NCBI GenBank assembly: GCA_028285625.1 | Contig: JANQOX010000025.1 | Location: 654,461-718,460 of the forward strand | Length of the DNA stretch: 64,000 nt | Source of the DNA: Myxococcota bacterium | Lineage (GTDB): Bacteria > Myxococcota_A > UBA9160 > UBA6930 | Reading direction: 5' to 3' | Part shown: piece by piece, positions 35,213-46,330 of the stretch | Layout: each line of letters begins with the position of its first letter | How positions within the stretch are numbered: the first letter of the stretch is position 1 | Translations under genes and position numbers: made by a program | Notes under the pieces: model-generated | The model's input: the letters and a program-made list of their open reading frames with translations, nothing else | The model's database searches: none | What the model was told of the DNA's origin: nothing

Positions 35213-36010
35213 TCAGACGATGGTCCAGCCGCCGTCTACGGCGAGGATCTGGCCCGTCACGAAGGTCGATGCGTCGCTGGCGAGGAAGAGCAGCGGCCCG
35301 GCGAGTTCTTCCAGCTCGCCGCCTCGGCCCATCGGCGTGCGGCTGCGCATCCACTTGAGCGAGCGCTCGTCGCCGAACATGTCGCCGGTCATCTCCGTGG
35401 GGAACCACCCCGGCGCCAGCGCGTTGACGCGCACCCCCCGCCGGGCCCACTGGGCGGCCAGCTCGCGAGTGAGGTTCACGACCCCGCCCTTCGAAGCCGC
35501 GTAGGCAGCCTGGTGGATCTGGCCAGAGCCGACCAGGCCGAGCACTGACGCCACGTTCACGATGCTGCCCCGCCCGCGCTCGAGCATCACCCGGCCGAAG
35601 CGCTGGCAGCACAGGAAGACGCCCGAGAGGTTCACGTCGATCTGGCCGCGCCAGTCGTCGAGGGTCTGGTCCTCTGCGGGCACGACCGTCGTGAAGCCCG
35701 CGTTGGCGACCAGCACGTCCGGCGGACCGAAGCGCGCGAGCGTCGCCCCGACCAGGGCATCGACTTCGTCGTCCCGGGCCACGTCGCAGGCCACGACTGC
35801 GGCCTCGCCCCCTGCCTTCTCGATGCGCTCGGCGACCTCGGCCAGGCGATCCTCGCGACGGGCCGCCAGCACGACCCGTGCGCCGGCTCGCGCCAGGGTC
35901 TCGGCCATGGTGACGCCCATTCCCGACGACGCGCCCGTCACCACGGCCACCCGCCCATCCAGGCGGAAGTCGGTGCCGGGGATCGTCGCAGCGCCGGCTT
36001 CCTTCGTCAT
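35213..36010 (-). CDS. Short-chain dehydrogenase/reductase (SDR)
   Basis: 265 aa with VVTGASSGMG (TGxxxGxG) and YAASKGGV (YxxxK). Confidence 0.85.
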   Translation of the reverse strand: MTKEAGAATIPGTDFRLDGRVAVVTGASSGMGVTMAETLARAGARVVLAARREDRLAEVAERIEKAGGEAAVVACDVARDDEVDALVGATLARFGPPDVLVANAGFTTVVPAEDQTLDDWRGQIDVNLSGVFLCCQRFGRVMLERGRGSIVNVASVLGLVGSGQIHQAAYAASKGGVVNLTRELAAQWARRGVRVNALAPGWFPTEMTGDMFGDERSLKWMRSRTPMGRGGELEELAGPLLFLASDASTFVTGQILAVDGGWTIV

Positions 36011-36627
36011 TCGTCGAGCACCCCGCCTCGCAGGCGCTCCACCCAGCGCCGATAGCTTTCCAGCGGCTGCGCACCCATGACGAAGCCGTCGTGGCCCGCC
36101 ACCGCCACCGTCGGAACACCGGTCATGCCGCGCTCCACCGCCGCCCGATGGTCTTCCAGGGTCTCGGCGACCCGCGCCGGGTCTCTCGTCTGTTCGAAGT
36201 CACCGGGATCGAGCCCGGCATCGGCCCACAGACCCCGGAGGTTGTCCTCTGCGGTGATGTCGCGGCTCTCTTCGAAGTAGGCGCGCAGCAGGCCGCGGTG
36301 CAGCCGTTCGAACGCCTCGGGGTCGATGCGCTCGGCGGCCTTGGCCACCACATGCGGGGGCACGCTGTGGCTCGGCGGCCCCTCGGTGCTCTCCCAGACC
36401 CGAAGCTTCGGGGCGTCCGGCTCACCGGCCGGGCGCATCCAGCTCTGCGTGTAGCGGACGAAGTCGAGCAGCTCGCGCCCCCCCGGCCGGGGTCGCAGCA
36501 GGTAGCTGCGCCAGGTGAGCTCCAGATGGGGTCCCACTTCCTCGCGAACGCGCTCGAGCCGGTACGCGGTGACGTAGCACCACGGGCACAGGTAGTCCGA
36601 CCACACCTCCAGCCGAACCGGGTCCAT
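36007..36627 (-). CDS. DsbA/FrnE-like thiol-disulfide oxidoreductase
   Basis: 206 aa. The CPWC active site is in VWSDYLCPWCY. The stop overlaps the SDR start. Confidence 0.8.
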   Translation of the reverse strand: MDPVRLEVWSDYLCPWCYVTAYRLERVREEVGPHLELTWRSYLLRPRPGGRELLDFVRYTQSWMRPAGEPDAPKLRVWESTEGPPSHSVPPHVVAKAAERIDPEAFERLHRGLLRAYFEESRDITAEDNLRGLWADAGLDPGDFEQTRDPARVAETLEDHRAAVERGMTGVPTVAVAGHDGFVMGAQPLESYRRWVERLRGGVLDE

Positions 36628-36630
36628 GGC

Positions 36631-37113
36631 TCAGGCCGGCGCGAGGCCGCGGTAGCCACCGCCGAAGTAGACGAGCGGCTCGCCCCCGCCCTGCGTCACC
36701 GACTCCACCCGGCCCACCCAGATGACGTGATCGCCGGCGTCGTGCTCGGCCACCACGCGGCAGTCGAAGCTCACCAGCGCCCCGGGGATGAGCGGTGCCC
36801 CGGTGCTGGCGGTCTCGCAGTCCAGCCCCTCGAAGCGCCGGAACTCGTCCTTCTTGGAGGCGAACCGGTTCGAGAGCGCCTGCTGGTCGGCGCCGAGCAC
36901 GTTCACGCTGAAGACGCGCCCCTTCTGGATCACGCCATGGGTGTTCGAAGACTTGGCCGCGCACACCGAAACCAGCGGCGGATCGAGCGACACGCCCGAG
37001 AAGTCGGACACCGTCATGCCGTGAATCTCGTCGCCCGCCCGCGACGTCACGATCGTGACCCCGGTCGCCCAGCGGGCCATCGCCGCCTTGAAGGCCTCTC
37101 CATCGATGCTCAT
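36631..37113 (-). CDS. Flavin reductase-like (FMN-binding split-barrel) protein
   Basis: 160 aa. FKAAMARWATGVTIVTS...GMTVSDFSGVSLDPPLV is typical of the family. Confidence 0.8.
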   Translation of the reverse strand: MSIDGEAFKAAMARWATGVTIVTSRAGDEIHGMTVSDFSGVSLDPPLVSVCAAKSSNTHGVIQKGRVFSVNVLGADQQALSNRFASKKDEFRRFEGLDCETASTGAPLIPGALVSFDCRVVAEHDAGDHVIWVGRVESVTQGGGEPLVYFGGGYRGLAPA

Positions 37114-37322
37114 GGCACCCTCCCGAACCCGATGCCCTCGGCACCCTCTGGAGCGCGCAGTCTAGCCGCACCAGGCGATTCCATGCGGCACCCTCCGGCA
37201 AACCCCTCGGGGCCTGAATAATCCGCCGTGGTGATCCGTCTGGTTCGAATGTAGGATCCCTTCCCTATTTGGGGACCGCGCCGCCGCCCCGGCTCCACGG
37301 GACGGCCAATGAGGAGAGTGCC

Positions 37323-37772
37323 GTGCATCGATCCCATCTCATCCGCCTTTCGACCGCGCTCGTGGCCAGCCTCGCGATCGCACTGCTCGCGGGGAGCCCC
37401 GTGTTCGCCGCCAAGGGCAAGAGCGTCCAGAACGAGGCCGAGTGGGTCTCGTTCGACGAGGCCGCCAAGACGGTCACCGTCAAGATCCTGAGCAAGGGCA
37501 AGGGCAACAAGAAGCTCATGAAGCAGTTCAAGGACGTGAAGCGCGGCAAGGAAGCCACCTTCAACGTGATCCCCACCGGCTCGGTGCTCAAGCGCACCTC
37601 GGTCGCCGTCAACGGCGTGAAGGGCGAGATCACGGACATCGCCCCCGGCAAGCGCGTCCTGCTCTATTGGGTCGAAGATCCCAACAAGGCGGGCGAGCTC
37701 TTCGCCCGCAAGATCGACGTGGTGTTCACCGACGAAGAGATCGAGAAGCGGCTGAACATCTCGGACGAGTAG
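37323..37772 (+). CDS. Secreted Lys-rich hypothetical protein
   Basis: GTG start with GAGGAGA upstream. The signal peptide is LIRLSTALVASLAIALLAGSPVFAA. No known motif. Confidence 0.55.
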   Translation: MHRSHLIRLSTALVASLAIALLAGSPVFAAKGKSVQNEAEWVSFDEAAKTVTVKILSKGKGNKKLMKQFKDVKRGKEATFNVIPTGSVLKRTSVAVNGVKGEITDIAPGKRVLLYWVEDPNKAGELFARKIDVVFTDEEIEKRLNISDE

Positions 37773-37816
37773 CCGGCCGCCCGGCTCGACGTCCATCACC
37801 GGAGCGGGTCGTTCGC

Positions 37817-39193
37817 CTAGCGGACGGCCCGCTCCGTCGTATGGGCGCCGCCCGCCCCAGGCGGGTCCGATCCGCCGCCGCCCGCCAGAAAGGTCGCCAC
37901 GTAGGGCCCCATCACGTCCAGGGGCCGGATGCCCGGCGCCAGCTCGGTCGCGAGTCCCAGCAGCAGGGTGAGCGCGCGCGACCACATGACCACGCCATCG
38001 GGCAGACGAAAGCTCCGCACCTTCTTCAGGTGCCCGCGCATGCGCCGAAAGTAGGCCCCGAAGTCGATCTCGGTCATCTCCTTCGGCGTGAGGTTGTAGT
38101 AGGCCGGGTCGAAGGTCACGCGGGCGATCTCCTCGACCGTGCCCCGATCGCGCTCGTCGATCATGTCCGCATCGATCAGCGACTGGGCGTAGCGCAACGG
38201 GTCTCGGGACACGGTCGCCATCAGGTTCTCGCGCATCATCGTCATGACGGCCGGCGCCAGCCGCTTGTTCATGCCGAAGTCGATGATTCCGATTCGGCCG
38301 TCCGGGTCGACCAGCAGGTTGCCCGGATGCGGGTCGCAGTGGAAGAAGCCGTCGCGGAAGATCATGTGGAGGAAGGCACGCGTAGCCCACAACACCAACG
38401 CCTCGCGGTCCACCCCGGCCGCCTCGAGCCCCGCCGCATCGTTGATCTTGCAGCCCGGGATGAACTCCATGGTGAGGACCCGCCGGCCGCTGCACTCCCA
38501 ATGGATGGCAGGCACGCGCACGTGCGCGGCCACCTCCGGGTCGCGCGCGAGGTTGTCGCGCACTTCTTCGGCGGCGCGCCCCTCGCGGACGTAGTCCATC
38601 TCGCCCTCGATCGACTCGCGCAGCTCGGCGTAGACGCGGTCGAGGTCGGCCACCGTCACGAAGTCGAAGAGCCACAGGCCGATCCGGGTCGCCAGCAGAT
38701 CGACCGCCACCGACCTCTCGACCCCGGGATACAGCACCTTCACGGCGACCTCTTCGCCCGAGGTCAGCGTGGCCCGGTGGACCTGCCCGAGGCTGGCGGC
38801 GGCCAGCGGTTCGCGGTCGAAGCGCGCAAAGGCCTGCAGCGCCGAGACGCCGAGCTCGTGCTCGATCTGCGCCTCGATCTCCTCCACGGGGTGCGGGTCG
38901 ACACGGTCCTGCAGCCGTGCGAGTTCGTCGCTCACCTCTTCGGGAAGCACGTCGACGCGCAAGCTGGCCACCTGCCCCAGCTTGATCAGCGCGCCCTTGT
39001 AGCGCACGGCAACGGCCACGAACCGGCGCGCGAGCTTGCGCTGCATCGCGACCTGCCGCGCCGGGTCGAGCGGCACCCACCGCCGCGCATCGAGGGCCAG
39101 CCTGCCCCACACCCACGCTGCGCGCGCGACGAGCCCGAGCGAGACGAGAAAGCGTACCGTCAGCGTGATCGGAGAAGGGCCGGCGTCCACCAC
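37817..39193 (-). CDS. ABC1/UbiB family atypical kinase
   Basis: LIKLGQVASLRVDVLPEEV, AAASLGQVHRA and HCDPHPGNLLV are present. I chose the GTG start at 39193, just below the upstream gene's stop at 39205. Confidence 0.85.
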   Translation of the reverse strand: MVDAGPSPITLTVRFLVSLGLVARAAWVWGRLALDARRWVPLDPARQVAMQRKLARRFVAVAVRYKGALIKLGQVASLRVDVLPEEVSDELARLQDRVDPHPVEEIEAQIEHELGVSALQAFARFDREPLAAASLGQVHRATLTSGEEVAVKVLYPGVERSVAVDLLATRIGLWLFDFVTVADLDRVYAELRESIEGEMDYVREGRAAEEVRDNLARDPEVAAHVRVPAIHWECSGRRVLTMEFIPGCKINDAAGLEAAGVDREALVLWATRAFLHMIFRDGFFHCDPHPGNLLVDPDGRIGIIDFGMNKRLAPAVMTMMRENLMATVSRDPLRYAQSLIDADMIDERDRGTVEEIARVTFDPAYYNLTPKEMTEIDFGAYFRRMRGHLKKVRSFRLPDGVVMWSRALTLLLGLATELAPGIRPLDVMGPYVATFLAGGGGSDPPGAGGAHTTERAVR

Positions 39194-39204
39194 GGCGCGG
39201 GATC

Positions 39205-40503
39205 CTAGCCGTCTGCGGCCTCGGAGCCTCCTCGAGCCACGAGCACGAGATCGCGCACGTTCGAGCCCGTGGGTCCGGTTCGCACGAGACCGCCCTCGCG
39301 GTCGAAGAAGCCGTAGGCATCGTTGTCCGCGAGGCACGCCCTCGCCGAGACGCCAGCGGCCCGGCCGCGCGCCACCGTCCCGCCGTCGGCGAACGCCCCG
39401 GCGGCGTCGGTCGGACCATCACTGCCGTCGGTGCCCGCGGCGAGGATCGCCACGTCGTCCTCCCCCGCGAACCGGATCGCGGCAGCCAGGGCCAGCTCCT
39501 GACAGCGGCCCCCCAGGCCCGCGCCCCGTACGCGAACGGTGGTCTCGCCTCCATGGACGCGCAGGGTCCGCGGCGCAGCCACGACCGCCTGGCCGGCGAG
39601 CCTGCGACCCTCGCCCGCCGCCTCCCCCGCGAGCTCTTCGGGCTCCGCATGCGCTTCGAAACCGGCGCGGCGTGCGGCCCCCACCGCCGCGTCGCGCGCG
39701 TCGGCGTTGCTCGCCAGCACCGTCATCGCCACGTCGTCGAAGATCGCCGCCGCCGCGGCCTGGGCGGTGCCGCCCTCGCCGGCCCGCTCCGCTTCGGCCT
39801 CCCGCTCGATGTGTGCGCGCACCGCCTCGGGTACGCCCGCGTCCCCCAGCGCCGCGAGGGCCGCGAGGGCCTGCGCGGCCGAACCGCGCGGCCGCGCGAA
39901 CGGGCCCGAACCGAGTACGGCCGGGTCGTCCCCGGGCACGTCGGACAGGGCGAGCACATGGATCTCGCGCGTGCCCGACGCCCGGGCCAGGCGCCCGCCC
40001 GAGGCCAGTGTGAGCTGCCTCCGGACCGCGTTCAGCGCCTCGATGTCGGCCCCGGCACGCAGCAACGCATCGGTGGTGGTGGCCAGGTCGGCGCTCGACA
40101 GGCCAGGCAGCGGCGACGTCATCAGCGCCGAGGCTCCGCCGGAGAGCAACACCAGCAGCACGTCCTCCGGCCCGGTCGATGCCACCAGGTCGCGTGCCGC
40201 ACGTCCCGCCGCAGCACTCCGCGCGTCCGGTACGGGGTGACCTGCGACCGTGCGCACCAGGGGCGCAGGCGGGGTCGGCCCCGGATCACGCGCCACCACC
40301 AGGCCGGCGCGTGGCGGGCGAGGCAGCGAGCCGAGCGCCCCGCGTGTCATGGCGTCGGCGGCCTTGCCCACGGCCAGCAGCACGACCGGTCGATCGGCGG
40401 GGACCGGGCGACCGGCCATGCGCAGCGAGTCGCCGGCCGACCCTTCGAGGGCAGCCGAGACGCGCGCTGCGCCGTCCACCGAATCGAGCGCCACGCGCAT
40501 CAC
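39205..40503 (-). CDS. Glycerate 2-kinase (DUF4147 + MOFRL, TtuD/GckA-like)
   Basis: 432 aa with LLSGGASAL and GGETTVRV...GLGGRCQELAL...GTDGSDGPTDAAGA. Confidence 0.8.
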   Translation of the reverse strand: MMRVALDSVDGAARVSAALEGSAGDSLRMAGRPVPADRPVVLLAVGKAADAMTRGALGSLPRPPRAGLVVARDPGPTPPAPLVRTVAGHPVPDARSAAAGRAARDLVASTGPEDVLLVLLSGGASALMTSPLPGLSSADLATTTDALLRAGADIEALNAVRRQLTLASGGRLARASGTREIHVLALSDVPGDDPAVLGSGPFARPRGSAAQALAALAALGDAGVPEAVRAHIEREAEAERAGEGGTAQAAAAAIFDDVAMTVLASNADARDAAVGAARRAGFEAHAEPEELAGEAAGEGRRLAGQAVVAAPRTLRVHGGETTVRVRGAGLGGRCQELALAAAIRFAGEDDVAILAAGTDGSDGPTDAAGAFADGGTVARGRAAGVSARACLADNDAYGFFDREGGLVRTGPTGSNVRDLVLVARGGSEAADG

Positions 40504-40535
40504 CCCCTCGAGGGCGGTGCGAAGGCCGGGCGCGT

Positions 40536-41447
40536 TCAGGGAAGCGATGCCGGCGGCGCGGAGCCAGGCGACCCGCCACCGGGCGGTGTCGCCAACTCAT
40601 AGGCCGCGCCGGCGTCGGACTCGACGGGCCCGCCCACCGGGGCCAGGCGGATCTCGATCCGCCGGTTGGCGGCGCGCCCCTCGGCCGTCTCGTTGGAAGC
40701 CGCCGGTCGCGTGGGTCCGTAGGAGACGGCCCGCAGCCGCGACGGGTCTACCCCTTCGTGCTCGAAGAGCCGAACGACCTCGGCCGCCCGCGCGCCGGCC
40801 AGGTCCCAGTTCGAAGGGAAACGCCGGGCCAGCGTGCCGTGGATCGGAAGGTCGTCGGTGTGTCCCTGCACCTCGACGGTATGCGCGCCGTTCGTGAGCC
40901 GGGCCGCGACCTTGCGCAGGAGGTTCCGGCCCTGCTGGTCGAGTCGCGCCGAGCCCAGCGGAAACAGGATCTCCTGGGACAGGTTCATCCGCAGGCCCTC
41001 GCGCAGCTGCTCGATCTCGATGCGCCCCTGGGAGACCTCGGTCTGCAGATCACTCACCAGGTCGTCGTAGGTGCCGCGCAGGCTGCGGATCTCGGCGCGG
41101 GTGGTCTGGACTTCGCTGCGGCGGGCGTCGAGATCGTGGACCAGCGTGTCGCGCTCGGCCTCGAGGGCCGCGACGTGATCGCTCAACTCGGCCCGCGTCT
41201 GGCGCAGGCTTTCCACCTGATCGATCAACTCCACCCGCTCTCGGGACAGGCTCGTGTTCGAGTCCTCGAGCATCCGGGTGCGCTTGGCCAGCTGCGCCGA
41301 CTCGGCGGCCAGGCGATCGCGCTCGCGAACCGCCTCGCGGTAGGTCGAGCGCGTCACACAGCCCGGCAGCACGGCGACGACCAGCAGCGCGGCAGCGGCC
41401 GCGCCGAGTGCGCGCCTACGGCTGGAGGATCTGGGCAAGGGCCTCAT
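40536..41447 (-). CDS. OmpA/MotB-family lipoprotein with coiled-coil linker
   Basis: Starts at [30 protein letters not shown] (lipobox). A heptad-rich region follows. The OmpA-like C-terminus is VEVQGHTDD...NWDLAGARA...NRRIEI. The start lies 32 nt inside the 3' end of lon. Confidence 0.75.
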   Translation of the reverse strand: MRPLPRSSSRRRALGAAAAALLVVAVLPGCVTRSTYREAVRERDRLAAESAQLAKRTRMLEDSNTSLSRERVELIDQVESLRQTRAELSDHVAALEAERDTLVHDLDARRSEVQTTRAEIRSLRGTYDDLVSDLQTEVSQGRIEIEQLREGLRMNLSQEILFPLGSARLDQQGRNLLRKVAARLTNGAHTVEVQGHTDDLPIHGTLARRFPSNWDLAGARAAEVVRLFEHEGVDPSRLRAVSYGPTRPAASNETAEGRAANRRIEIRLAPVGGPVESDAGAAYELATPPGGGSPGSAPPASLP

Positions 41448-43839
41448 CGATGGTCGAAACGTAGTCGAACTCGAGGCCCTTGAGCAGACCCGGAGCGATC
41501 TCCTCCACGTCGCGCGCATTCTTCTCCGGCAGCACCACCCGGCGGATGCCGGCCCGCTTGGCGGCGAGCACCTTCTCCTTGATGCCGCCCACCGGCAGCA
41601 CCTTGCCGCGGAGCGTGATCTCCCCCGTCATCGCCACGTCCGCAGCGGGCTTGCGGCCGAGCAGCAGCGACGCGAGGGACACCACCATGGCGACGCCCGC
41701 GGAGGGGCCATCCTTGGGAACGGCGCCCGAGGGCACGTGGACGTGCAGATCGTTCTTCTCGAAGGCGCTGCTCTCGAGCCCGAGACCTTCGGCCCGTCCG
41801 CGCAGCCACGAGCGCGCCGCCTCGGCGGACTCGCGCATCACGTCGCCGAGCGAACCCGTGAGCTTGAGTTCGCCGCGGCCGGGCATCTGGGACGACTCGA
41901 CGAACAGGATGTCGCCCCCGGCCGGGGTGTAGGCCAGGCCCACTGCGACGCCCGGCTGCCCGGCCCGCTCGGCGAGCTCGGGCTCGTGCTTGACGGGCCC
42001 GAGCAGCGCCTGCAGGTCTTCGGTCCGGATCACCACGGGCGACCCGGCGACGGACGGATCCTCGGCCACCCGGCGGGCCACCTTGCGACACACCGCGCCG
42101 ATCTCCCGCTCGAGATTTCGCACACCGGCCTCGCGGGTGTAGCTGCCGATGATGGCGCGGAGCACCTCGTCCCCGATCTCGAGTTCGATACCGGCCAGGC
42201 CGTTGGCCTCGCGCTGTCGCGGCACCAGGAAGCGGCGCGCGATCTCGAGCTTGTCCTCCTCGGTGTAGCCGGGGAGTTCGATCACCTCCATGCGGTCGCG
42301 CAGCGCCGCCGGCACCGGATCGAGCAGGTTCGCCGTGGCGATGAACAGCACCTGGGAGAGATCGAAGGGCACCTCCAGGTAGTGGTCGCTGAAGGTGCTG
42401 TTCTGCTCCGGGTCGAGCACTTCGAGCAGCGCCGACGAAGGGTCGCCCCGGTAGTCGGTGCCCACCTTGTCGACCTCGTCGAGCAGGAACACCGGGTTGC
42501 GGGTCTCGGCCTTGCGCAGCCCCTGCACGATTCGCCCAGGCAGGGCCCCCACGTAGGTGCGTCGGTGACCGCGAATCTCCGCCTCGTCCCGGACGCCGCC
42601 CAGCGAGATGCGCTCGAAGCTCCGTCCCAGGGCACGGGCGATGGAACGACCCAGCGAGGTCTTGCCCGTTCCCGGCGGCCCGGCGAAGCAAAGGATCGGA
42701 CCCTTGAGGTCGCGCTTCAGCGACAGCACCGCGATGTACTCGACGATGCGGTCCTTCACCTTCTCGAGGCCCCAGTGATCCTCGTCGAGCACGCGCCGCG
42801 CCTCGGCCACGTCCAACCGGTCCTCGCTGGTGGCCGCCCACGGCAGATCGACCATCCACTCCAGGTAGGTGCGGATCACGCTGTGCTCGGCCGCCGCGGG
42901 CGGAATCTGCACGAGGCGCTCCAGCTCGCGGGTGGCCTGGGCGTGGGCTTCCTCGGGCATGCCCGCCGACTCGATGCGCTCGCGCAGCTCGTCGAGCTCG
43001 GCGCCCTCCTCCTCGGCCTCGCCGAGTTCGCGCCGGATCTGGTCGAGCTGCTGGCGCAGCATGTACTCGCGCTGGGTGCGGCCCATCTCGCTCTGGACCT
43101 TCTCGCGAATCTCGCTTTCGATCTTCACCGCGTCGGCCGACCGCCGCAGCTCGTCGCGCACGCCGTGCAGTCGCCGCACGACGTCGAGCTCTTCGAGGAA
43201 GCGCTGACGCGCGTTGATCTCGAGCTCCAGATTCGAGGCCACCAGATCGGCCAGGCGCGAGGGGTCCTCGGTGTTCATGGCCAGGATCTGCAGCTCGTCC
43301 GAAAGCCGGCTCGACTCGGACACGAGCCCGACGAACTGGTCGCGCACGGTGCGAGCCAGCGCCTGGGCCTCCACGCCCTCGGGATCTCCCGTCTCGTCGA
43401 GTTCGGTGATGCGGCCTCGGAAGAAGGGGTCCTCCTCCACGAAGTCGTCCACGCGCGCACGCGTGACGCCCTGCACCAGCAGCCGGTAGGAGTCGTCGGG
43501 GAACTTCAGCATGCGCATCACGCGCAGCACGGTCCCGGTGCGGTGCAGATCTCCCGCCGAGGGGCTTCCCTCCAGCGGCCGGCGCACGGCAACCGAGATC
43601 ATCAGGCGGTCCGGCGACGCCAGCACGGCGTCGACCAGCTTCTTGGATCGCTCGGTATTCACCAGCAGCGGTGCGAGCAGCTGCGGGAAGATCACCGTGT
43701 TCTTGAGCGGCAGGACCGGCAGGGTCTCGGGCAGCTCGAGCGCCTCGACCTCCTCGTCCTCGCCGATCGCGACGGTCACTTCGTTCGCATCGCCCTCGCT
43801 GCCGGTTGCCAGCGGGTCTCCGGCCATCGGATCGTCCAC
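41416..43839 (-). CDS. lon: ATP-dependent Lon protease (LonA), paralogue 2
   Basis: 807 aa with [17 protein letters not shown] and [15 protein letters not shown]. The alternative ATG at 43827 is possible. Confidence 0.95.
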   Translation of the reverse strand: MDDPMAGDPLATGSEGDANEVTVAIGEDEEVEALELPETLPVLPLKNTVIFPQLLAPLLVNTERSKKLVDAVLASPDRLMISVAVRRPLEGSPSAGDLHRTGTVLRVMRMLKFPDDSYRLLVQGVTRARVDDFVEEDPFFRGRITELDETGDPEGVEAQALARTVRDQFVGLVSESSRLSDELQILAMNTEDPSRLADLVASNLELEINARQRFLEELDVVRRLHGVRDELRRSADAVKIESEIREKVQSEMGRTQREYMLRQQLDQIRRELGEAEEEGAELDELRERIESAGMPEEAHAQATRELERLVQIPPAAAEHSVIRTYLEWMVDLPWAATSEDRLDVAEARRVLDEDHWGLEKVKDRIVEYIAVLSLKRDLKGPILCFAGPPGTGKTSLGRSIARALGRSFERISLGGVRDEAEIRGHRRTYVGALPGRIVQGLRKAETRNPVFLLDEVDKVGTDYRGDPSSALLEVLDPEQNSTFSDHYLEVPFDLSQVLFIATANLLDPVPAALRDRMEVIELPGYTEEDKLEIARRFLVPRQREANGLAGIELEIGDEVLRAIIGSYTREAGVRNLEREIGAVCRKVARRVAEDPSVAGSPVVIRTEDLQALLGPVKHEPELAERAGQPGVAVGLAYTPAGGDILFVESSQMPGRGELKLTGSLGDVMRESAEAARSWLRGRAEGLGLESSAFEKNDLHVHVPSGAVPKDGPSAGVAMVVSLASLLLGRKPAADVAMTGEITLRGKVLPVGGIKEKVLAAKRAGIRRVVLPEKNARDVEEIAPGLLKGLEFDYVSTIDEALAQILQP

Positions 43840-43841
43840 GA

Positions 43842-44210
43842 TCAGCCTTCCTTCACGGCGATTCGCCGTGGCTCGGGTCGCGCGAGTTCCACCCGCAGCA
43901 CGCCGTCTTCCAGGGTGGCGGCCACGCGGGCCGGGTCGAAGGACACCGGCACGTCGACACGCCGCTCGAACGGGCCGTAGGCGATCTCGAGCAGGTGCGG
44001 CCGCGCCGCCTCGGCCTCGCCGGGGGCCGCGCGTTCGCCGCGGATCAGAAGCCGGCCGCCCTGTACCAGCACCCGAAGCGATGCCCGCGCCACGCCCGGC
44101 AGGTCCGCACGCACCACCACGGCGCGCTCGAGGACGACGACGTCCACGGGCACCGCCGACGGACGAAAGTCCGGGGCGAGCTCCATCGGGTGCGCGCCTC
44201 GGCGCTCCAT
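43842..44210 (-). CDS. Hsp20/alpha-crystallin family small heat-shock protein
   Basis: 122 aa with an ACD-like core (VVRADLPGV...FERRVDVP...ATLEDGVLRVEL). Confidence 0.75.
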   Translation of the reverse strand: MERRGAHPMELAPDFRPSAVPVDVVVLERAVVVRADLPGVARASLRVLVQGGRLLIRGERAAPGEAEAARPHLLEIAYGPFERRVDVPVSFDPARVAATLEDGVLRVELARPEPRRIAVKEG

Positions 44211-44229
44211 GGCAAAGGTGGGGACGGGC

Positions 44230-46134
44230 TCAGCCGTCGCCCTTCTCCTCCGTGTACTCGGCGTCGATCACGTCACCGTCGTCGCCGCCCGGCGCCGTGC
44301 CCCCCTCGGGCGCAGCCGCGCCTTCGGCGGCTTCGCTCTTGTAGAGCACCTCCGCCACCTTGTGCATCGCCTGTTCGAGACGCTGGCGCGCCGCGTCCAT
44401 GCGCGCGGGCTCGCCGCTTTCCACGTCCTGGCGGGCTGCGGCGACCACCTCTTCGAGTTCCTTCTTCTGGTCGTCGTCGATCTTCTCGCCGTTTTCCTGG
44501 AGCTGCTTCTCCACCGAGTGGATCAGGCTCTCGAGCTCGTTGCGCTTGTCGACGGCCTCGCGCCGCGCCTTGTCCTCGTCGGCGTGCGCAGCGGCGTCGT
44601 TCACCATCCGCTCGATGTCCTCCTTGCCGAGGCCGCCCGAGCCCTCGATGCGGATCGACTGCTCCTTGCCCGAGGCGTTGTCCTTGGCGCCCACGTTCAG
44701 GATGCCGTTGGCATCGATGTCGAACGACACCTCGATCTGCGGAACGCCCCGGGGCGCCGGCGGGATGCCGTCGAGAATGAAGCGACCGATCTCGCGATTG
44801 TCGGTGGCCATCTCGCGCTCGCCCTGGAGCACCCGGATCTCCACCTGGGGCTGGCTGTCTGCCGCCGTCGAGAACACCTGGCTGCGCTTGGTCGGGATCG
44901 TCGTGTTGCGATCGATCAGCCGCGTCATCACGCCGCCGAGCGTCTCGATGCCCAGCGACAGCGGCGTCACGTCGAGCAGCAGCACGTCCTTGACGTCGCC
45001 GGCGAGCACGCCGCCCTGGATCGCGGCGCCGACCGCGACCACCTCGTCCGCGTTCACGCTCTTGTTCGGCTCCTTGCCGAACAACTCGGTAACCTTCTGC
45101 TGCACCAGCGGCACGCGCGTCGAGCCCCCGACGAGCACGACCTCGTCGATCTCCGAGGGCTGGATCCCCGCGTCGGCCAGGGCCTGCTTGCACGGCTGGA
45201 GCGTGCGCTCGACCAGGTCCTCGATCAGCTGCTCGAACTTGGCGCGCGAGAGCTTGATGTTCAGGTGCTTCGGGCCCGAGGCGTCTGCCGTCACGTACGG
45301 CAGGTTCACGTCGGTCGAAGGCGCGCTCGAGAGTTCGATCTTCGCCTTCTCGGCGGCTTCGCGCAGGCGCTGCATGGCCATCGGATCCTGCGAGAGGTCG
45401 ATGCCCTGGTCCTTCTTGAACTCGGCCACCAGGTAATCGATCACCCGCTGATCGAGGTTGTCTCCACCGAGGTGGGTGTCGCCATTGGTGGACTTCACTT
45501 CGACGACGTTCTCGCCCACCTCGAGGATCGAGATGTCGAACGTGCCGCCGCCGAAGTCGTAGACCGCGATCTTCTCGTCGGACTGCTTGTCGAGCCCGTA
45601 GGCCAGCGCGGCCGCCGTGGGCTCGTTGATGATGCGCTTGACGTCGAGGCCCGCGATCTTGCCGGCGTCCTTCGTCGCCTGGCGCTGGGCGTCGTTGAAG
45701 TAGGCGGGGACCGTGATGACCGCGCCGTCCACGCTCGACCCCAGGTAGGCCTCTGCGGCGGCCTTCAGCTTCTGGAGGATCATCGCGGAGATCTCCGGCG
45801 GCGAATACGCCTTGCCGTCGATCTCGACCGCGGCGGCGCCGTCGGCGCCCTCGACCACCTTGTAGGGGACGAGGCTGATCTCTTCGGGCACCTCGGCCAG
45901 GCGCCGCCCGACGAAGCGCTTGATCGAGTAGACGGTGCGCTCGGGGTTGGTGACCGCCTGGCGCTTGGCCACGGCGCCGACCGGCCGCTCGCCCTCGTCG
46001 GTGAACGCGACGACGGAGGGGGTCGTGCGCCCACCCTCCTCGTTGGTGATGACGGTGGGCTGCCCACCCTCCATCACGGCCACCACCGAATTGGTGGTGC
46101 CGAGGTCGATGCCGATGATCTTGCCGGATGCCAT
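44230..46134 (-). CDS. dnaK: Molecular chaperone DnaK (Hsp70)
   Basis: 634 aa with [17 protein letters not shown] and VLVGGSTR. Confidence 0.97.
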   Translation of the reverse strand: MASGKIIGIDLGTTNSVVAVMEGGQPTVITNEEGGRTTPSVVAFTDEGERPVGAVAKRQAVTNPERTVYSIKRFVGRRLAEVPEEISLVPYKVVEGADGAAAVEIDGKAYSPPEISAMILQKLKAAAEAYLGSSVDGAVITVPAYFNDAQRQATKDAGKIAGLDVKRIINEPTAAALAYGLDKQSDEKIAVYDFGGGTFDISILEVGENVVEVKSTNGDTHLGGDNLDQRVIDYLVAEFKKDQGIDLSQDPMAMQRLREAAEKAKIELSSAPSTDVNLPYVTADASGPKHLNIKLSRAKFEQLIEDLVERTLQPCKQALADAGIQPSEIDEVVLVGGSTRVPLVQQKVTELFGKEPNKSVNADEVVAVGAAIQGGVLAGDVKDVLLLDVTPLSLGIETLGGVMTRLIDRNTTIPTKRSQVFSTAADSQPQVEIRVLQGEREMATDNREIGRFILDGIPPAPRGVPQIEVSFDIDANGILNVGAKDNASGKEQSIRIEGSGGLGKEDIERMVNDAAAHADEDKARREAVDKRNELESLIHSVEKQLQENGEKIDDDQKKELEEVVAAARQDVESGEPARMDAARQRLEQAMHKVAEVLYKSEAAEGAAAPEGGTAPGGDDGDVIDAEYTEEKGDG

Positions 46135-46221
46135 GTCGAGAGCGCTCCTCGCGTCTGCGTCGCCGCCGTCTGGGCCGCTGGAAAATGGTCTCGGGCGTCG
46201 CCCGACGCCCTGTGCCGGCGA

Positions 46222-46249
46222 AACCTCGGCCCCGACGACCGGGTGTCAA
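46222..46249 (-). promoter_or_regulatory. Candidate promoter for dnaK operon
   Basis: On the minus strand: TTGACA (46249-46244), a 16-nt spacer, then GAGGTT (46227-46222). A GC hairpin GGGCGTC-GCCC-GACGCCC (46193-46210) sits in the leader. Confidence 0.3.
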
Positions 46250-46330
46250 ACGGGCGATTCGCCCGACGGGCCTGCGAGCCCTTTTCCACGCGAGCCCCGG
46301 GCCCAGGGCGGCGCCCCGGGGGGAGAGCGG

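Noticed and set aside
39205-40503. A functional link between glycerate kinase and the GpgS-like GT (glyceryl-glycoside solute pathway).
   Set aside because: The genes are 12 kb apart and separated by unrelated operons. There is no adjacency evidence, so I did not report it as a system.
46135-46330. A CIRCE (HrcA) operator or canonical sigma32 promoter upstream of dnaK.
   Set aside because: I found no TTAGCACTC-N9-GAGTGCTAA-like inverted repeat and no CTTGAAA/CCCCATNT pair at proper spacing. Only a sigma70-like TTGACA-N16-GAGGTT is present.
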